Shown: positions 29,684 to 40,183 of the stretch, one piece after another
Position numbering within the stretch: position 1 is the first letter of the stretch
How the letters are laid out: each line of letters starts with the position of its first letter
Assembly (NCBI GenBank): GCA_965218425.1
Contig: OZ244621.1
Location: 160,001 to 224,000, forward strand
From: an uncultured Candidatus Binatia bacterium
GTDB taxonomy: Bacteria; Desulfobacterota; Binatia; UBA9968; CAXXLF01
Direction of reading: 5' to 3'
Length of the DNA stretch: 64,000 nucleotides
The notes under the pieces: model-generated
Database searches by the model: none
Told to the model about the DNA's origin: nothing
Seen by the model: the letters and a program-made list of their open reading frames with translations, nothing else
Position numbers and translations under genes: made by a program

Positions 29684-32524
29684 ATGACGCCGGGCGAGTT
29701 CATTGCCAAATGGCGGGCATCGGAGCTAAAGGAGCGCTCGGCGTCACAGGAGCACTTCATCGACCTGTGCCGGCTGCTGGACGAGCCGACGCCGGCCGAA
29801 GCCGACCCGACCGGCGAGCATTACTGCTTCGAGCGCGGCGCCCGGAAAGACGGCGGCGGCGACGGCTGGGCCGACGTGTGGAAGCGGCACCGCTTCGCCT
29901 GGGAGTACAAGGGCAAGCACGCGGACCTCGACGCGGCCTTCAACCAGTTGCGGCAATACGCGCTTGCACTGGAGAACCCGCCGTTGCTGATCGTCTCGGA
30001 CATGGCCCGGTTCCGCATCCGCACCAACTGGACCAACAGCGTCAGCCGGACCCACGAGTTCGACTTGGACGATCTTGCGGATGCGGCCACCCGCGACAGG
30101 CTCAAGTGGGCGATGTCCGACCCCGAGCGCCTGCGCCCCGGCGAGAGCCGGCAGGCGCTGACCGAACGCGCGGCGGCGACCTTCGCATTGCTGGCGCAGT
30201 CGTTGCGGGAGCACGGCCACGAGCCGCAGGCAGTGGCGCATTTCGTGAACCGTCTTGTGTTCTGCATGTTCGTCGAGGATGTGGGCCTGCTGCCCGACAA
30301 CATGTTCACCCGGATGCTGGAACAAGGGCGAAAGCGGCCCGGGGACTTCGCCGTCATGGCGCGGGATCTGTTCGGGGCGATGTCCACCGGAGGCCGGATC
30401 GGGTTCGAAGCGGTGGCATGGTTCAACGGCGGGCTGTTCGACGACGACACCGCCTTGCCCCTGGACAAGGCGGAGATCGAGACAACGCTCAAGGCGGCGG
30501 CGCTCGACTGGTCGGAGATCGACCCTTCGATCCTGGGCACGCTGTTCGAGCGCGGGCTCGACCCGGACAAGCGCTCGCAGCTTGGAGCTCATTACACCGA
30601 CCGGGACAAGATCATGCGGATCGTCGAGCCCGTGATCATCCGCCCCTGGCTCGCCGAATGGGAAAAGACAAAGGCCGAGGTCGCCGCGGTCCTTGAACGG
30701 GCGGATGCGGCCAAGCCGAAGGCGGCGGCGACTCGACAGCGGGGGCAGGCGAAACGGCTACTGCGTGTTTTCCTCGAACGGCTGCGGGAGTTCACCGTGC
30801 TCGACCCCGCCTGCGGCTCGGGCAACTTCCTCTATCTCGCGCTGCACGCGCTCAAGGACCTGGAGCACCGGGTGCAACTGGAGGCCGAGGCGATGGGCCT
30901 CGAGCGGGCGTTTCCGGCGGTAGGTCCGGCCAACGTCAAGGGGATCGAGATCAACGCCTATGCGGCGGAATTGGCCCGCGTATCGGTCTGGATCGGCGAC
31001 ATACAATGGATGCGTCGCAACGGGTTCAACGAATCGCGCAATCCGATCCTCAAGCCGCTTGACACCATCGAATGCCTTGATGCGATCCTCGCACCCGACG
31101 GAAGCGAGCCGAAATGGCCGAAGGCTGATGTCGTGATCGGCAACCCGCCGTTTCTCGGGGATCGGGTTATGCGGGATGGCCTCGGCCACGAATACACTGA
31201 ATGTTTGCGCCGTGCTTATCGAGGTTCGGTTCCCGCATCCGCTGATCTTGTCTGCTACTGGTTCCATAAGGTTGGCGAGTTAGTAGCCCGAAGCAAGATC
31301 GCCCGCGCCGGTCTCGTCGCGACGAACTCGATCCGAGGCGGAAACAATCGAGCGGTTCTCGACAGGATCGTCGACGACAGTGCTATTTTCGACGCTTGGT
31401 CGGACGAACCCTGGGTTATTGATGGTGCCGCCGTCCGGGTCTCGCTGATTTGCTTCGCCCCCAAGAGCACGGGCCTCCCCGTCTTTCTGAACGGCGCGGA
31501 AACAGCCCATGTTCACGCCGACCTCACGGAAGGGGGCATCGACCTTACGCGGGCGTCGGGATTGACCGAAAACCGGTCCACCGCATTCCTGGGGGTCAAC
31601 AAGAACGGTTCGTTCGATATTCCCGGCGACGTTGCGCGGAAATGGTTGCGGCTTCCCGCCAACCCGACCGGACGCCAGAATGCCGATGTTTTGAAACCCA
31701 GGATCAACGGCATGGACCTGACACGACGTTTCTCCGATCAATGGATCATCGACTTCGGTTCCTCCATGACCGAGGCGGAAGCCGCGCTTTATGAAGAGCC
31801 ATTCGCGCATGTTGTGGAGCATGTGAAGCCGGTGCGGGCGAGCAATCGGATCAAAGCGCTCAGGGATGAGTGGTGGCGGCACTGGCGCACCCGGCCGGCG
31901 ATGTGGCGGGCCGTAGACGGCATGGCGCGCTTCATCGCCACGCCGACAGTGGCAAAGCATCGACTGTTCGCCTGGTTCGACGCCCGCATCTGTCCGGATC
32001 ATCAACTGGTTGTCATCGCGCGCGATGACGACACGACCTTCGGCATCCTGCACAGCCGCTTTCACGAGGCTTGGTCGCTCAGGCTCGGCACCAGCTTGGA
32101 AGATCGCCCGCGTTACACGCCGACCACCACCTTCGAGACCTTCCCTTTCCCGGAAGGGCTGTCGCCCGACATACCCGCTGCCGACTATGCCAACGAACCG
32201 CATGCAATCGCCATTGCCGAGGCCGCGCGACGGCTAGTCGAGCTTCGCAACCGCTGGCTCAACCCGCCTGAATGGGTGGAATGGATCGACGAGCCGGTCC
32301 CCGGCTACCCCAAGCGTCCGGTTGCCCGCGACCAAGCGGCGGTGAAGGAGCTCAAGAAACGCACCCTGACCAATCTTTACAATGCCCGTCCACAATGGCT
32401 CGCCGACGCTCACGCCGACCTCGATGCCGCCGTCGCGGCGGCCTATGGATGGGATGCCGGGATTTCAGAGGATGACGCGCTACGGGAACTGCTGGCGCTC
32501 AATTTGAAGAATGAAAGCCGATGA
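29684..32524 (+). CDS. MmeI-like (type IIL/IIG) restriction-modification enzyme: nuclease, N6-adenine MTase, TRD
   Basis: N-terminal AD...EYK nuclease-like motif, GAHYT, LDPACGSGNF (motif I), GNPPF (motif IV), C-terminal target recognition region. Confidence 0.85.
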   Translation: MTPGEFIAKWRASELKERSASQEHFIDLCRLLDEPTPAEADPTGEHYCFERGARKDGGGDGWADVWKRHRFAWEYKGKHADLDAAFNQLRQYALALENPPLLIVSDMARFRIRTNWTNSVSRTHEFDLDDLADAATRDRLKWAMSDPERLRPGESRQALTERAAATFALLAQSLREHGHEPQAVAHFVNRLVFCMFVEDVGLLPDNMFTRMLEQGRKRPGDFAVMARDLFGAMSTGGRIGFEAVAWFNGGLFDDDTALPLDKAEIETTLKAAALDWSEIDPSILGTLFERGLDPDKRSQLGAHYTDRDKIMRIVEPVIIRPWLAEWEKTKAEVAAVLERADAAKPKAAATRQRGQAKRLLRVFLERLREFTVLDPACGSGNFLYLALHALKDLEHRVQLEAEAMGLERAFPAVGPANVKGIEINAYAAELARVSVWIGDIQWMRRNGFNESRNPILKPLDTIECLDAILAPDGSEPKWPKADVVIGNPPFLGDRVMRDGLGHEYTECLRRAYRGSVPASADLVCYWFHKVGELVARSKIARAGLVATNSIRGGNNRAVLDRIVDDSAIFDAWSDEPWVIDGAAVRVSLICFAPKSTGLPVFLNGAETAHVHADLTEGGIDLTRASGLTENRSTAFLGVNKNGSFDIPGDVARKWLRLPANPTGRQNADVLKPRINGMDLTRRFSDQWIIDFGSSMTEAEAALYEEPFAHVVEHVKPVRASNRIKALRDEWWRHWRTRPAMWRAVDGMARFIATPTVAKHRLFAWFDARICPDHQLVVIARDDDTTFGILHSRFHEAWSLRLGTSLEDRPRYTPTTTFETFPFPEGLSPDIPAADYANEPHAIAIAEAARRLVELRNRWLNPPEWVEWIDEPVPGYPKRPVARDQAAVKELKKRTLTNLYNARPQWLADAHADLDAAVAAAYGWDAGISEDDALRELLALNLKNESR

Positions 32525-32559
32525 AAAATCGCCTCTCCGAAGCCGATGTGACAGGTCTC

Positions 32560-32625
32560 GGTTTGACGGCCGCTGCAACCGCCATCCTGCTGGAGCCTGG
32601 CCCCTTTTTCATGTTGCCTGACACC
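32560..32625 (-). mobile_element. IS110-derived element, copy C (left end only)
   Basis: GGTTTGACGGCCGCTGCAACCGCCATCCTGCTGGAGC...TTTTTCATGTTGCCTGAC. Confidence 0.75.
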
Positions 32626-32690
32626 AGTTACGGATTATCCCCAGGCATCGGCCCGTTCGGGGCGAAGGACGAACGGCCATATCGTTCTCA

Positions 32691-33725
32691 TCACCCCAAC
32701 ATCGCGTTCCCATAAGCGAAAACCGCCGGCATGCCGCCAGTGTGCAGGTACAGCACCTTTTGGCCCTGGCTGAACACGCCGCGCCGCGAGAGCCCGATCG
32801 CACCTGCCAGTGATTTGGCGGTGTACACCGGGTCGACGATCATGCCTTCCAGGCGGCCGGCGAGGCCGATCGCCTCGTGGGTGCTGTCGGTCAGCCGGCC
32901 GTAGCCCGGGCCGAGCCAGTCGTCATGGCAGAGGATGTCACCGTCCTCGACCAGGCGACCGCAACCGAGCAGGTCCTCGGCGAGCCGGCTGATGCCGCGT
33001 ACCCGATCGGTCTGGTACGTCGCATCGCGGCGCACGCAGATACCGTGCACCGGAATATCGGAGCCAAGCAGGCGCAGGCCGAGCAGGGTGCCGACATGGG
33101 TTGCGGCACTGCCGCTGGCCAGCACGATGGCATCGATCGGCTCGCCTAATACGGTGGTCTGATCCAGGATCTCGGCGGCGCAGCGCATGTAACCGAGCGA
33201 GCCGAGCGGCTTGGTAACAGCCGAGAGCGTCATCAGATACGGCTTGCGGCCGTTGGCCCGGTATTGCTCGGCCAGCCCGGCGATACTGGCATCGGCGGCC
33301 CCTTCATCCTCGCCGCTCGGGAAGGTCGAGGTGCTGGCGCCAAAAATCCGGTCGAGCAGGGCGTTACCGCTGGCGTAATAGTCCTTGCCCATGCCCGCCA
33401 CCCGTTCCTCGAACTGCACGTGGCAGGCCATGCCGAGCTTGGCGGCAGCTGCGGCAGTGGTGCGTATGTAGTTCGATTGCACCGCCCCGGTGATCAGCAC
33501 TATGTCGGCGCCCTCGGCGACCGCCGCGCCGAAGGAATATTCCAGTTGGCGCACCTTGTTGCCGCCGGCGGCGAACCCGGTCATGTCATCGCGCTTCGCC
33601 AGGAGGGCGGCCCCGCCGACATGCGCGGTCAGACGCGGCATCGCCTCAATCGGGGTCGGAACATGAGCCAGGATCACGCGCGGGAATTTGTCGAGACGGG
33701 TGTTCAGTTCCTGCATCCTGGTCAT
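32691..33725 (-). CDS. D-cysteine desulfhydrase / ACC deaminase family PLP enzyme
   Basis: KRDDMTG..GGNKVRQLE, GAVQSN, DPVYTAK, LHTGG. Confidence 0.9.
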   Translation of the reverse strand: MTRMQELNTRLDKFPRVILAHVPTPIEAMPRLTAHVGGAALLAKRDDMTGFAAGGNKVRQLEYSFGAAVAEGADIVLITGAVQSNYIRTTAAAAAKLGMACHVQFEERVAGMGKDYYASGNALLDRIFGASTSTFPSGEDEGAADASIAGLAEQYRANGRKPYLMTLSAVTKPLGSLGYMRCAAEILDQTTVLGEPIDAIVLASGSAATHVGTLLGLRLLGSDIPVHGICVRRDATYQTDRVRGISRLAEDLLGCGRLVEDGDILCHDDWLGPGYGRLTDSTHEAIGLAGRLEGMIVDPVYTAKSLAGAIGLSRRGVFSQGQKVLYLHTGGMPAVFAYGNAMLG

Positions 33726-34520
33726 GGATTCGTTCTCTCATCGGCGTGGTCCCGGTGTTGCTCGACCACGGCGCAACTTATTCCAGCCTGCATTGATTGG
33801 AAAGGGACTTGTATACCTGGGTTGACGCCTATCCAATTTAATAAAAAATCGTAATATTTCATAATCCGACTTAATATAGCACCAAATATAACGCCCAGAA
33901 CCGTCAGGATCACGCCAGGTCCCCGTTTATTCTTCGGCAAAGTCATCCACACCTTATAATTCTTCAAGCGCCTTGCCGATATCCGGTTCATCATTATTTT
34001 TATCTCTTCGACCTTCTCTGCTCAGATTAACCATCCACATATGATGAAGATCCTGGCGGACACCGATGATGCCGAAGTCTGATTAGCCGCCTCCATCGAG
34101 GAAAACTCATCTCCTCGTATATACCCCCTATTACACTCGAACACATCGCGTGAGTCTTTCAGCCATAAAACATAGGTCTCGGTATTTTAGTCAAAGCCTA
34201 TATGCCCCAACTCTTCATGGCGCTTTCCTACGTGTTGAAACAAAAAATTATTTTTCCATAGAATGGAACCCGCCTTCCCCCCAATCCCACACCCGACGCA
34301 CATGTCATAATGCCTTACCGGATCCAGCCTTGTATAAGGCGTTTCCAAAGAGCCAGCGTAGGCGGATGGAAATAATTGGAGATTCCGACAAAATCGGATG
34401 GAAATGGGCCGTAAGCCGGCCGTATTTTCCGGGGTATTTAGGGCTCGAAAAACGGGCCTGAAACGGCCTATAAATTAGGGCGGACAGCATTCTCGGTTTT
34501 TACCCAGAAAACCCGGGGCC

Positions 34521-34717
34521 GGTGTCAGGCTTGCCTTATTGCTATTCCGGGTTTCCTTCCCTTTCGGATTCCAGCTTGTATTATGCCAGTTCTCTCTTGC
34601 AATGTCCTGTCCACTTGGACGCGGTCCACCAAAGCATGTGTCTTCTCCTTTCAGGTTTGATGGCCGCTGCAACCACCATCCTGCTGGAGCTTGACCCCTT
34701 TTTCATGTTGCCTGACC
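34521..34717 (-). mobile_element. IS110-derived element, copy D (further internal deletion)
   Basis: Both ends present; the segment between two AAAGCATG direct repeats is deleted. Confidence 0.8.
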
Positions 34718-34859
34718 TCGGCCCGATTGACCCCCCCCTATTTGCCCAAATTGAATTAGCCCTGAGCCCAAATTTTTTCCGTTTCACAATCGGCCTGCGA
34801 CACGTCTATCCTAGCAGGTGATCAAATGAGCAACGATTCCTGTTCGGAGATCCGCGACC

Positions 34860-35750
34860 ATGCCATCCCTTCCACCGCTTGAATGCCTGCGTTTCTTCGA
34901 AGCCGCGGCCCGCCGCGAGAGCTTCGCCAAGGCGGCCGAGGAGCTCCACGTCTCACCCTCGGCCGTTGCCTACCGCGTCAAGGTATTGGAAGCGCATCTC
35001 GGCGCCGCGCTGTTCGAGCGCGGCCATCGCGGCGTCCGCCTGAACGTGCGCGGCAAGGCGTATCTGAAGGATGTCCAGCGCATTCTGGCCGAGATCTCGT
35101 TCATCTCGGAACGCCGCCGCGGCGATGACGGGACGCAGCGGCTGAAACTGGTATCGGTCGAGGCCGTCGCCGAGAAGTGGCTCATGCCGCAGCTCGCGGA
35201 TTTCAATCTGGCCCACCCCGGCGTCGTCATCGAGCTGGAGACCAACCATCGCGGCGTCGACCCGGCGCGGCGCGATTTCGACATCTGGCTCGCATACGTC
35301 GGCGAGACCGCCGCGCCGCGCCCGGAGGGGCTGTACGAGGATACGCTCTACGAGGAGAACCTGCTGCCGGTCGGCAGTCCGAGCCTCATCGAGGCGCGGG
35401 GAAGGCCCGGAGACCCGCTCGACCTGCGCCAGTGGCCCCTGCTGTACGATCTCGGCTGGGACACGGACTGGCCGTACTGGTTCGCGTGCCAGGGCAAACC
35501 CTCGCCGGACCTCTCGCGGGCGTCGGGCTTCCGGCTCTACAGCATGGTGGTCGCCGCCGCCGTGGAGGGCATCGGGGCGGCCATCGGCCACTCGCGGGTG
35601 ATCGCGCGGGAGATGGAACGGGGCGAGCTGGTCCCGCTCTTCGACCGGCAGGTCGAGGCGCCCGTGCGGTGCTGCCTCATCACGACGGCCGACTCGAGGC
35701 GCAAGCCGGGCGTGCAGGCATTCCGGGAATGGATACTGAAAGAAGCCTGA
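34860..35750 (+). CDS. LysR family transcriptional regulator (GcvA-like)
   Basis: LPPLECLRFFEAAARRESFAKAAEELHVSPSAV HTH; substrate-binding domain. Confidence 0.92.
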   Translation: MPSLPPLECLRFFEAAARRESFAKAAEELHVSPSAVAYRVKVLEAHLGAALFERGHRGVRLNVRGKAYLKDVQRILAEISFISERRRGDDGTQRLKLVSVEAVAEKWLMPQLADFNLAHPGVVIELETNHRGVDPARRDFDIWLAYVGETAAPRPEGLYEDTLYEENLLPVGSPSLIEARGRPGDPLDLRQWPLLYDLGWDTDWPYWFACQGKPSPDLSRASGFRLYSMVVAAAVEGIGAAIGHSRVIAREMERGELVPLFDRQVEAPVRCCLITTADSRRKPGVQAFREWILKEA

Positions 35751-35804
35751 CCCGACGGCGGGGCCTGACGGGGTCGTTGCGGGGGCTCGACGCGATGCGG
35801 GGCC

Positions 35805-35915
35805 GGGGTCATGCTTGCCTTCTTGCAATTTTGGGTTCCCTTCCCTTTCGGATTCCAGATTGTATCGTGTCAATTCTCTCTTGGAACGTCCTGTCCATTT
35901 GGACGCGGCGTTTTA
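35805..35915 (-). mobile_element. IS110-derived element, copy E (right part only)
   Basis: GGGGTCATGCTTGCCTTCTTGC...GTCCTGTCCATTTGGACGCGG. Confidence 0.75.
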
Positions 35916-35973
35916 ATCAGCGCAACCCATAGCTCATCACCCCGGGATCACGGCTTGAATAACGGGCAACCTC

Positions 35974-36063
35974 CATGAGTCGCTGGGATACCACACCCCA
36001 ACGACCTATGAATCTATGGAACGTGTGGCTTAACTAACTGTCCGTGAAACCCGGGTCGATTCA
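35974..36063 (+). mobile_element. IS3 family right-end remnant
   Basis: HESLGYHTPTTYESMERVA* then TGTCCGTGAAACCCGGGTCGATTCA, matching the end of the IS3 at 53506. Confidence 0.8.
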
Positions 36064-36074
36064 GTCCACCCCCA

Positions 36075-36260
36075 GTTTCGATCCCCGTCGTCATATTGGC
36101 GGCTGGCGATCCAGTAAGAAGGGGGCTTGTTGCCAGCCTTACCCGGGCGGGCAGAAACGTCACGGGGATGTCTGAGCAGAGCTCAGACGCATACACGAAA
36201 CTATTGGAACTACTTCATGAGACGTTGCAAAAGGTGACACAGGTCGCCTATCTCACCACG
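36075..36260 (+). pseudogene. ABC_sub_bind-type substrate-binding protein fragment
   Basis: IPVVILAAGDPVRRGLVASLTRAGRNVTGMS...KLLELLHETLQKVTQVAYL. Confidence 0.6.
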
Positions 36261-36404
36261 GACTTGACCTCTCCAGTCCCCGAAAGCGTTACAGAACACG
36301 GGCCCCACGTTGGGACTCACGATCCGACCCGTCGAATCTCGACACCCTGAAGAACTCGCGAGCACGTTGGAAGCGGGAGATCACGCACGACCCGGTACCA
36401 CAAA

Positions 36405-38120
36405 TTAATAATTATGAAGACTTGATTCCTTTATAAACGCTCGCGCGATTAGGGCTACTCCTGTTGACAGAGCTACCACGACCACTCCCACCACCGCTGC
36501 ACGTTCATAGACCCCGGTAAACATGAAATCCATCTGTAGGAGTGCAAGAGGTCTGGTGTCGCTGGTCGCAAGTAGGGCCACCGTACTGACGTCGCGAGCT
36601 GCCAAAATAAAGCTCAGAGCACCCACCAGCATCAGTGTTGGGGCCATTATGGGCAAAAGAATACGTCGGAAAGCGTTCCACCTTGACCCGCCGCTCACCA
36701 AGGCCGCCTCTTCGAGTTCCAAACTCAACTGGGCAAAGTTGCTCCTAATCATCTGCACACCAATCGTCATTCTACCGATAGCCACTGCAATAACCAAAAT
36801 GGGCATAGTGCCATAGAGAGAAGAGAAGATCGGACTTCGAAGAATCATCCCAAGTAAACCTAAACCAAGGATAATGCCGGGTATGGTCGCTGGCAACCAA
36901 GACATGAAGTCCAAGGTGGTACGACCAACAAAGGAAGTACGCATGACGATATAAGCAATAATCGTAGAAACAATAACGCTGGTTAACGCTGTCCCCAATG
37001 CAAGCACTAAAGTGTTTCTGATTGAGCTAAGGAAGATCGGATCGTTAAGAACGCGGATCCAATGCACTGTTGTCCATGGCTGGACCAGGTTGAAATAACC
37101 GAAGAGCTTCATGAATGTCCCAATCATCAAAAAGATAAAAGGAATTACGGTGATTGTCATTGCAATGCCAAGTACCATCAGGAAGACGGGAGTCCTCCAC
37201 TTATGTAGCCGCACTTTGTGGCCCTTGAAATGCCCAGTCACAGTCGTGTACCGCCGCCGCCGACTTATCCACCCGTTCATGACGATGATGGGCAACATCA
37301 CTACGAGAATAATGCTGCTTAACGTCATTGCCGGCGGCAATATTGGAGGGTCCTGGTGAACAAAAAGATAGATCTGGGTACTATAGACAAAGAACCGAAA
37401 GGGGAATCCAAGAATCAGCTCTACTTCGAACCCATGCAGCGAGTAAATAACAGATAGCAGCAATACCACTAGTAGCACCGGTGTCATAATCGGCACTACA
37501 ACCCGGGCCAGCGTGCCTAGAACGGTGGCGCCGGATACCCTGGATGCCTCTTCTAGCGTGGCGTCCATGTTTCGAAAAGCCGAGGTTAATAGCATAACCT
37601 TGATCGCAATCGCATTCGTTCCGAGATGGGCCCATACAATTCCCCAGAACGAGTAAATATTGAAAGGTCCCTTGTCAACAAAGGGCAACCGGGTGATCCA
37701 TTGATTAAGTAAGCCGCGGTCGGGGTCCAGCAAAATAATCCAACCCAAAATCACTGGCAGCGTCGGTAGAAAAAATGCCACCCAGAACAGGAATTCGAGC
37801 CACCCACTGCCAGGAATGTCTGTGCGCGCCAGTATCCAGGCTAGCAGAATGGCGGTCGGGAACGATACGACATGCCGGGCCACAGTGAGTGCAATAGTGT
37901 TCCAAACCACCGAGAGCATTTTTGAATCCGACAACACCAACCGCCAGGAATTCAAATTGTAAGTAGTTACGCTACTGGGTTCCCCGGCTTCGAAGCTGTG
38001 GAGCAAGATGAGCAGCACCGGTGACAGCACCATGCCCATGGTCAATACCAGTACGGTCCATGGCACCAAACTCAGAAGCTGAGACCGCAAACGCTGCCGA
38101 ACTGACAGACTAATGGTCAT
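36405..38120 (-). CDS. ABC transporter permease (FbpB-like)
   Basis: Paralog of the permeases at 8.2 and 11.5 kb; LEEASRVSGA, LEEAALVSGG; start uncertain (38162 possible). Confidence 0.88.
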   Translation of the reverse strand: MTISLSVRQRLRSQLLSLVPWTVLVLTMGMVLSPVLLILLHSFEAGEPSSVTTYNLNSWRLVLSDSKMLSVVWNTIALTVARHVVSFPTAILLAWILARTDIPGSGWLEFLFWVAFFLPTLPVILGWIILLDPDRGLLNQWITRLPFVDKGPFNIYSFWGIVWAHLGTNAIAIKVMLLTSAFRNMDATLEEASRVSGATVLGTLARVVVPIMTPVLLVVLLLSVIYSLHGFEVELILGFPFRFFVYSTQIYLFVHQDPPILPPAMTLSSIILVVMLPIIVMNGWISRRRRYTTVTGHFKGHKVRLHKWRTPVFLMVLGIAMTITVIPFIFLMIGTFMKLFGYFNLVQPWTTVHWIRVLNDPIFLSSIRNTLVLALGTALTSVIVSTIIAYIVMRTSFVGRTTLDFMSWLPATIPGIILGLGLLGMILRSPIFSSLYGTMPILVIAVAIGRMTIGVQMIRSNFAQLSLELEEAALVSGGSRWNAFRRILLPIMAPTLMLVGALSFILAARDVSTVALLATSDTRPLALLQMDFMFTGVYERAAVVGVVVVALSTGVALIARAFIKESSLHNY

Positions 38121-38199
38121 TGGACACTTATATCGCCTTCCACCGTCTTTTAGCCGTCCCATTCTAATGTTACAAGGTGGATTGAGGGGGCGCCTTTAT

Positions 38200-39292
38200 T
38201 ATTGAGAACCGCATAATATAGTAACATTGGATAAGAACTAATGTATAGTGGTGGTATGGGAAACCCACTTGGAGTGCGACGGGACTTTGAAGCATTGGAG
38301 CGGCGGCGGATGGAGGCGGGGAGGCTGTTGAAGCGAGGGCTGTCGGAGGCGGAGGTGGCGCGTTGGGTGGGAGCGCACCGCCAGTCGGTGAATCGATGGG
38401 CGCGGCAGTTGGCCGAGAGCGGCAGAGCCGGGCTCAAGCAGGCGGGGCGTGCCGGACGCAAGCCGCGACTGAGCCCGGCGGATCTGAAGAAGATCGAGGG
38501 CGGTTTGAAACGGGGACCCGAAGCGCTGGGGTACGACACGAGCCTGTGGACCGCAAGGCGAGTGGCCCACTTGATTGGGGAAGCCTGCGGAGTCACATAC
38601 CATCCGGGCCATGTTTGGCGGATATTGCGGCAGTTGGGGTGGAGTTGCCAGCGGCCGACGGGACGTGCCTTGGAACGAGATGAAGAGGCGATCCGGCAGT
38701 GGAAGAAGAAGCGCTGGCCGGAGATTAAAAAAAAGCCCGAAACGAGGGGCGAACCATAGTGTTCGTGGACGAAAGCGGGCTGAGCGAGCGGCCGAATCGG
38801 TATCGTACGTGGTCGCCCCGAGGACAGACGCCAGTGCTGCAATATCACTTCAACTGGAAGAGTCTGTCGGCCATCGCCGGAGTCACCTGGTGGCGCTTGT
38901 ACTTTCGAGTGTATCCGGGAGCCATCAAGAGCCCCCAGATCATCGAATTCCTGAAGCACTTGATGCGTCATGTTTCCGGGCCGCTGCTGGTAGTGTGGGA
39001 CGGACTGCCCAGCCACCGGAGCCGGTTGGTTCGGGACTTTGTTGCCGCTACCGAAGGCGCGTTGGTGCTGGAACGGTTGCCGGCCTATGCACCGGAACTG
39101 AATCCCGTCGAATACCTCTGGGGATACTGGAAGCATCATGAACTGCCCAACTTCTGTGCCAAGGACTTCGCTCAACTCAGCCACCATGCTCGTCGCGCCC
39201 TTTGCCGAATGCGCCGCAGGCCTCGTCTCGTTACCGCCTTCTGGAAACAGTCCAGCCTTTTCTGATGTCATTATATTATACGAGGATCAATA
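38200..39292 (+). mobile_element. IS630 family insertion sequence, copy 3
   Basis: 1093 bp including flanking TA; ORFs 38241..38759 and 38759..39265; A8G frameshift site at about 38727. Confidence 0.95.
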
Positions 39293-39341
39293 ATATGTTC
39301 GATAATACTAACTGTAGCGTTGGCGGGCGTGCAACTATGGT

Positions 39342-39524
39342 CTAACCAGGCCTTGTGAACCTGTCGAAGCCTTCGAGCTTGGTTGCAGTGAGGCTCGCGA
39401 TCTCAAACGGATCGAGATAAATAAAGCGTCCACTCTCGATGTTAGAGATTTTCAGCCTCGCCCTATTGGTATCGAGATCAAGCAGCCGGACCCTCACTAC
39501 CGCAAATTCATTGCTGAGGTCCAT
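39342..39524 (-). CDS. Small protein of the type found in aromatic ring-hydroxylating dioxygenase operons
   Basis: NEFAVVRV...RLKI...SGRFIYLDPFEIASL, recalled similarity to the small ORF in actinobacterial phthalate dioxygenase clusters; position after the beta subunit. Confidence 0.55.
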   Translation of the reverse strand: MDLSNEFAVVRVRLLDLDTNRARLKISNIESGRFIYLDPFEIASLTATKLEGFDRFTRPG

Positions 39525-39551
39525 CCGAATTGTGGAACTTCCGTCAGTCCA

Positions 39552-40028
39552 TTAGAAGAGGATCGAGAGATTCGTCAAGGGTACGTTATTGTCTACGAGC
39601 GTCACTTTCTTCATTCTGATACTCCAATGAGTATTCTCTATCTGAAAGAAATGGTCACATCTTCCTCCCAATAGCCGGTCCCGGTTCAATCTAACCTCAC
39701 AAATTATGAAGTTACTAGATACATGCACCTTTCCCTTATCCTCGGATCGGACACGTATGTTCCCAATGATACGTCTGGTTCGGGATCGGGGAACCTGACA
39801 ATGGGTTGCAGAGCTGAGGAGATGAAAGACATGATCCTCTAAACAGTTCCGGTCCATGTATACAAGAGATGCCTGTGATTCCGGGTCATAATCATCTGTG
39901 TTTGAGGGCATCCAATAGCGGCAATCATCGGTAAATAGCCGGAGCCATTCATGGAGCTGCCAGTCATCAAGCAAATCTGCCTCTGTATATAGAAATTCTT
40001 TTGCTTGCCGTCGTACATCCTCTGACAT
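39552..40028 (-). CDS. Aromatic ring-hydroxylating dioxygenase beta subunit
   Basis: FLYTEADLLDD..L.EWL, YWMP, PRSRTRR, I..KKV.L. Confidence 0.92.
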   Translation of the reverse strand: MSEDVRRQAKEFLYTEADLLDDWQLHEWLRLFTDDCRYWMPSNTDDYDPESQASLVYMDRNCLEDHVFHLLSSATHCQVPRSRTRRIIGNIRVRSEDKGKVHVSSNFIICEVRLNRDRLLGGRCDHFFQIENTHWSIRMKKVTLVDNNVPLTNLSILF

Positions 40029-40183
40029 ATATTTACCTACACAAAGTTATATGCACCTGGGCCTGAATAAAACTATAAAATAAAAGACACTTGTGCATAA
40101 CCGAGAGCACGATAGACTTGAGAAAATGTATACACCATCTTCCTTTTAAGCATAGTCTGTCCGTTCCCTGCAGCGATAGGCTT

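Noticed and set aside
33850..34500. Possible gene or IS-end remnants
   Set aside because: No motif I could assign with confidence
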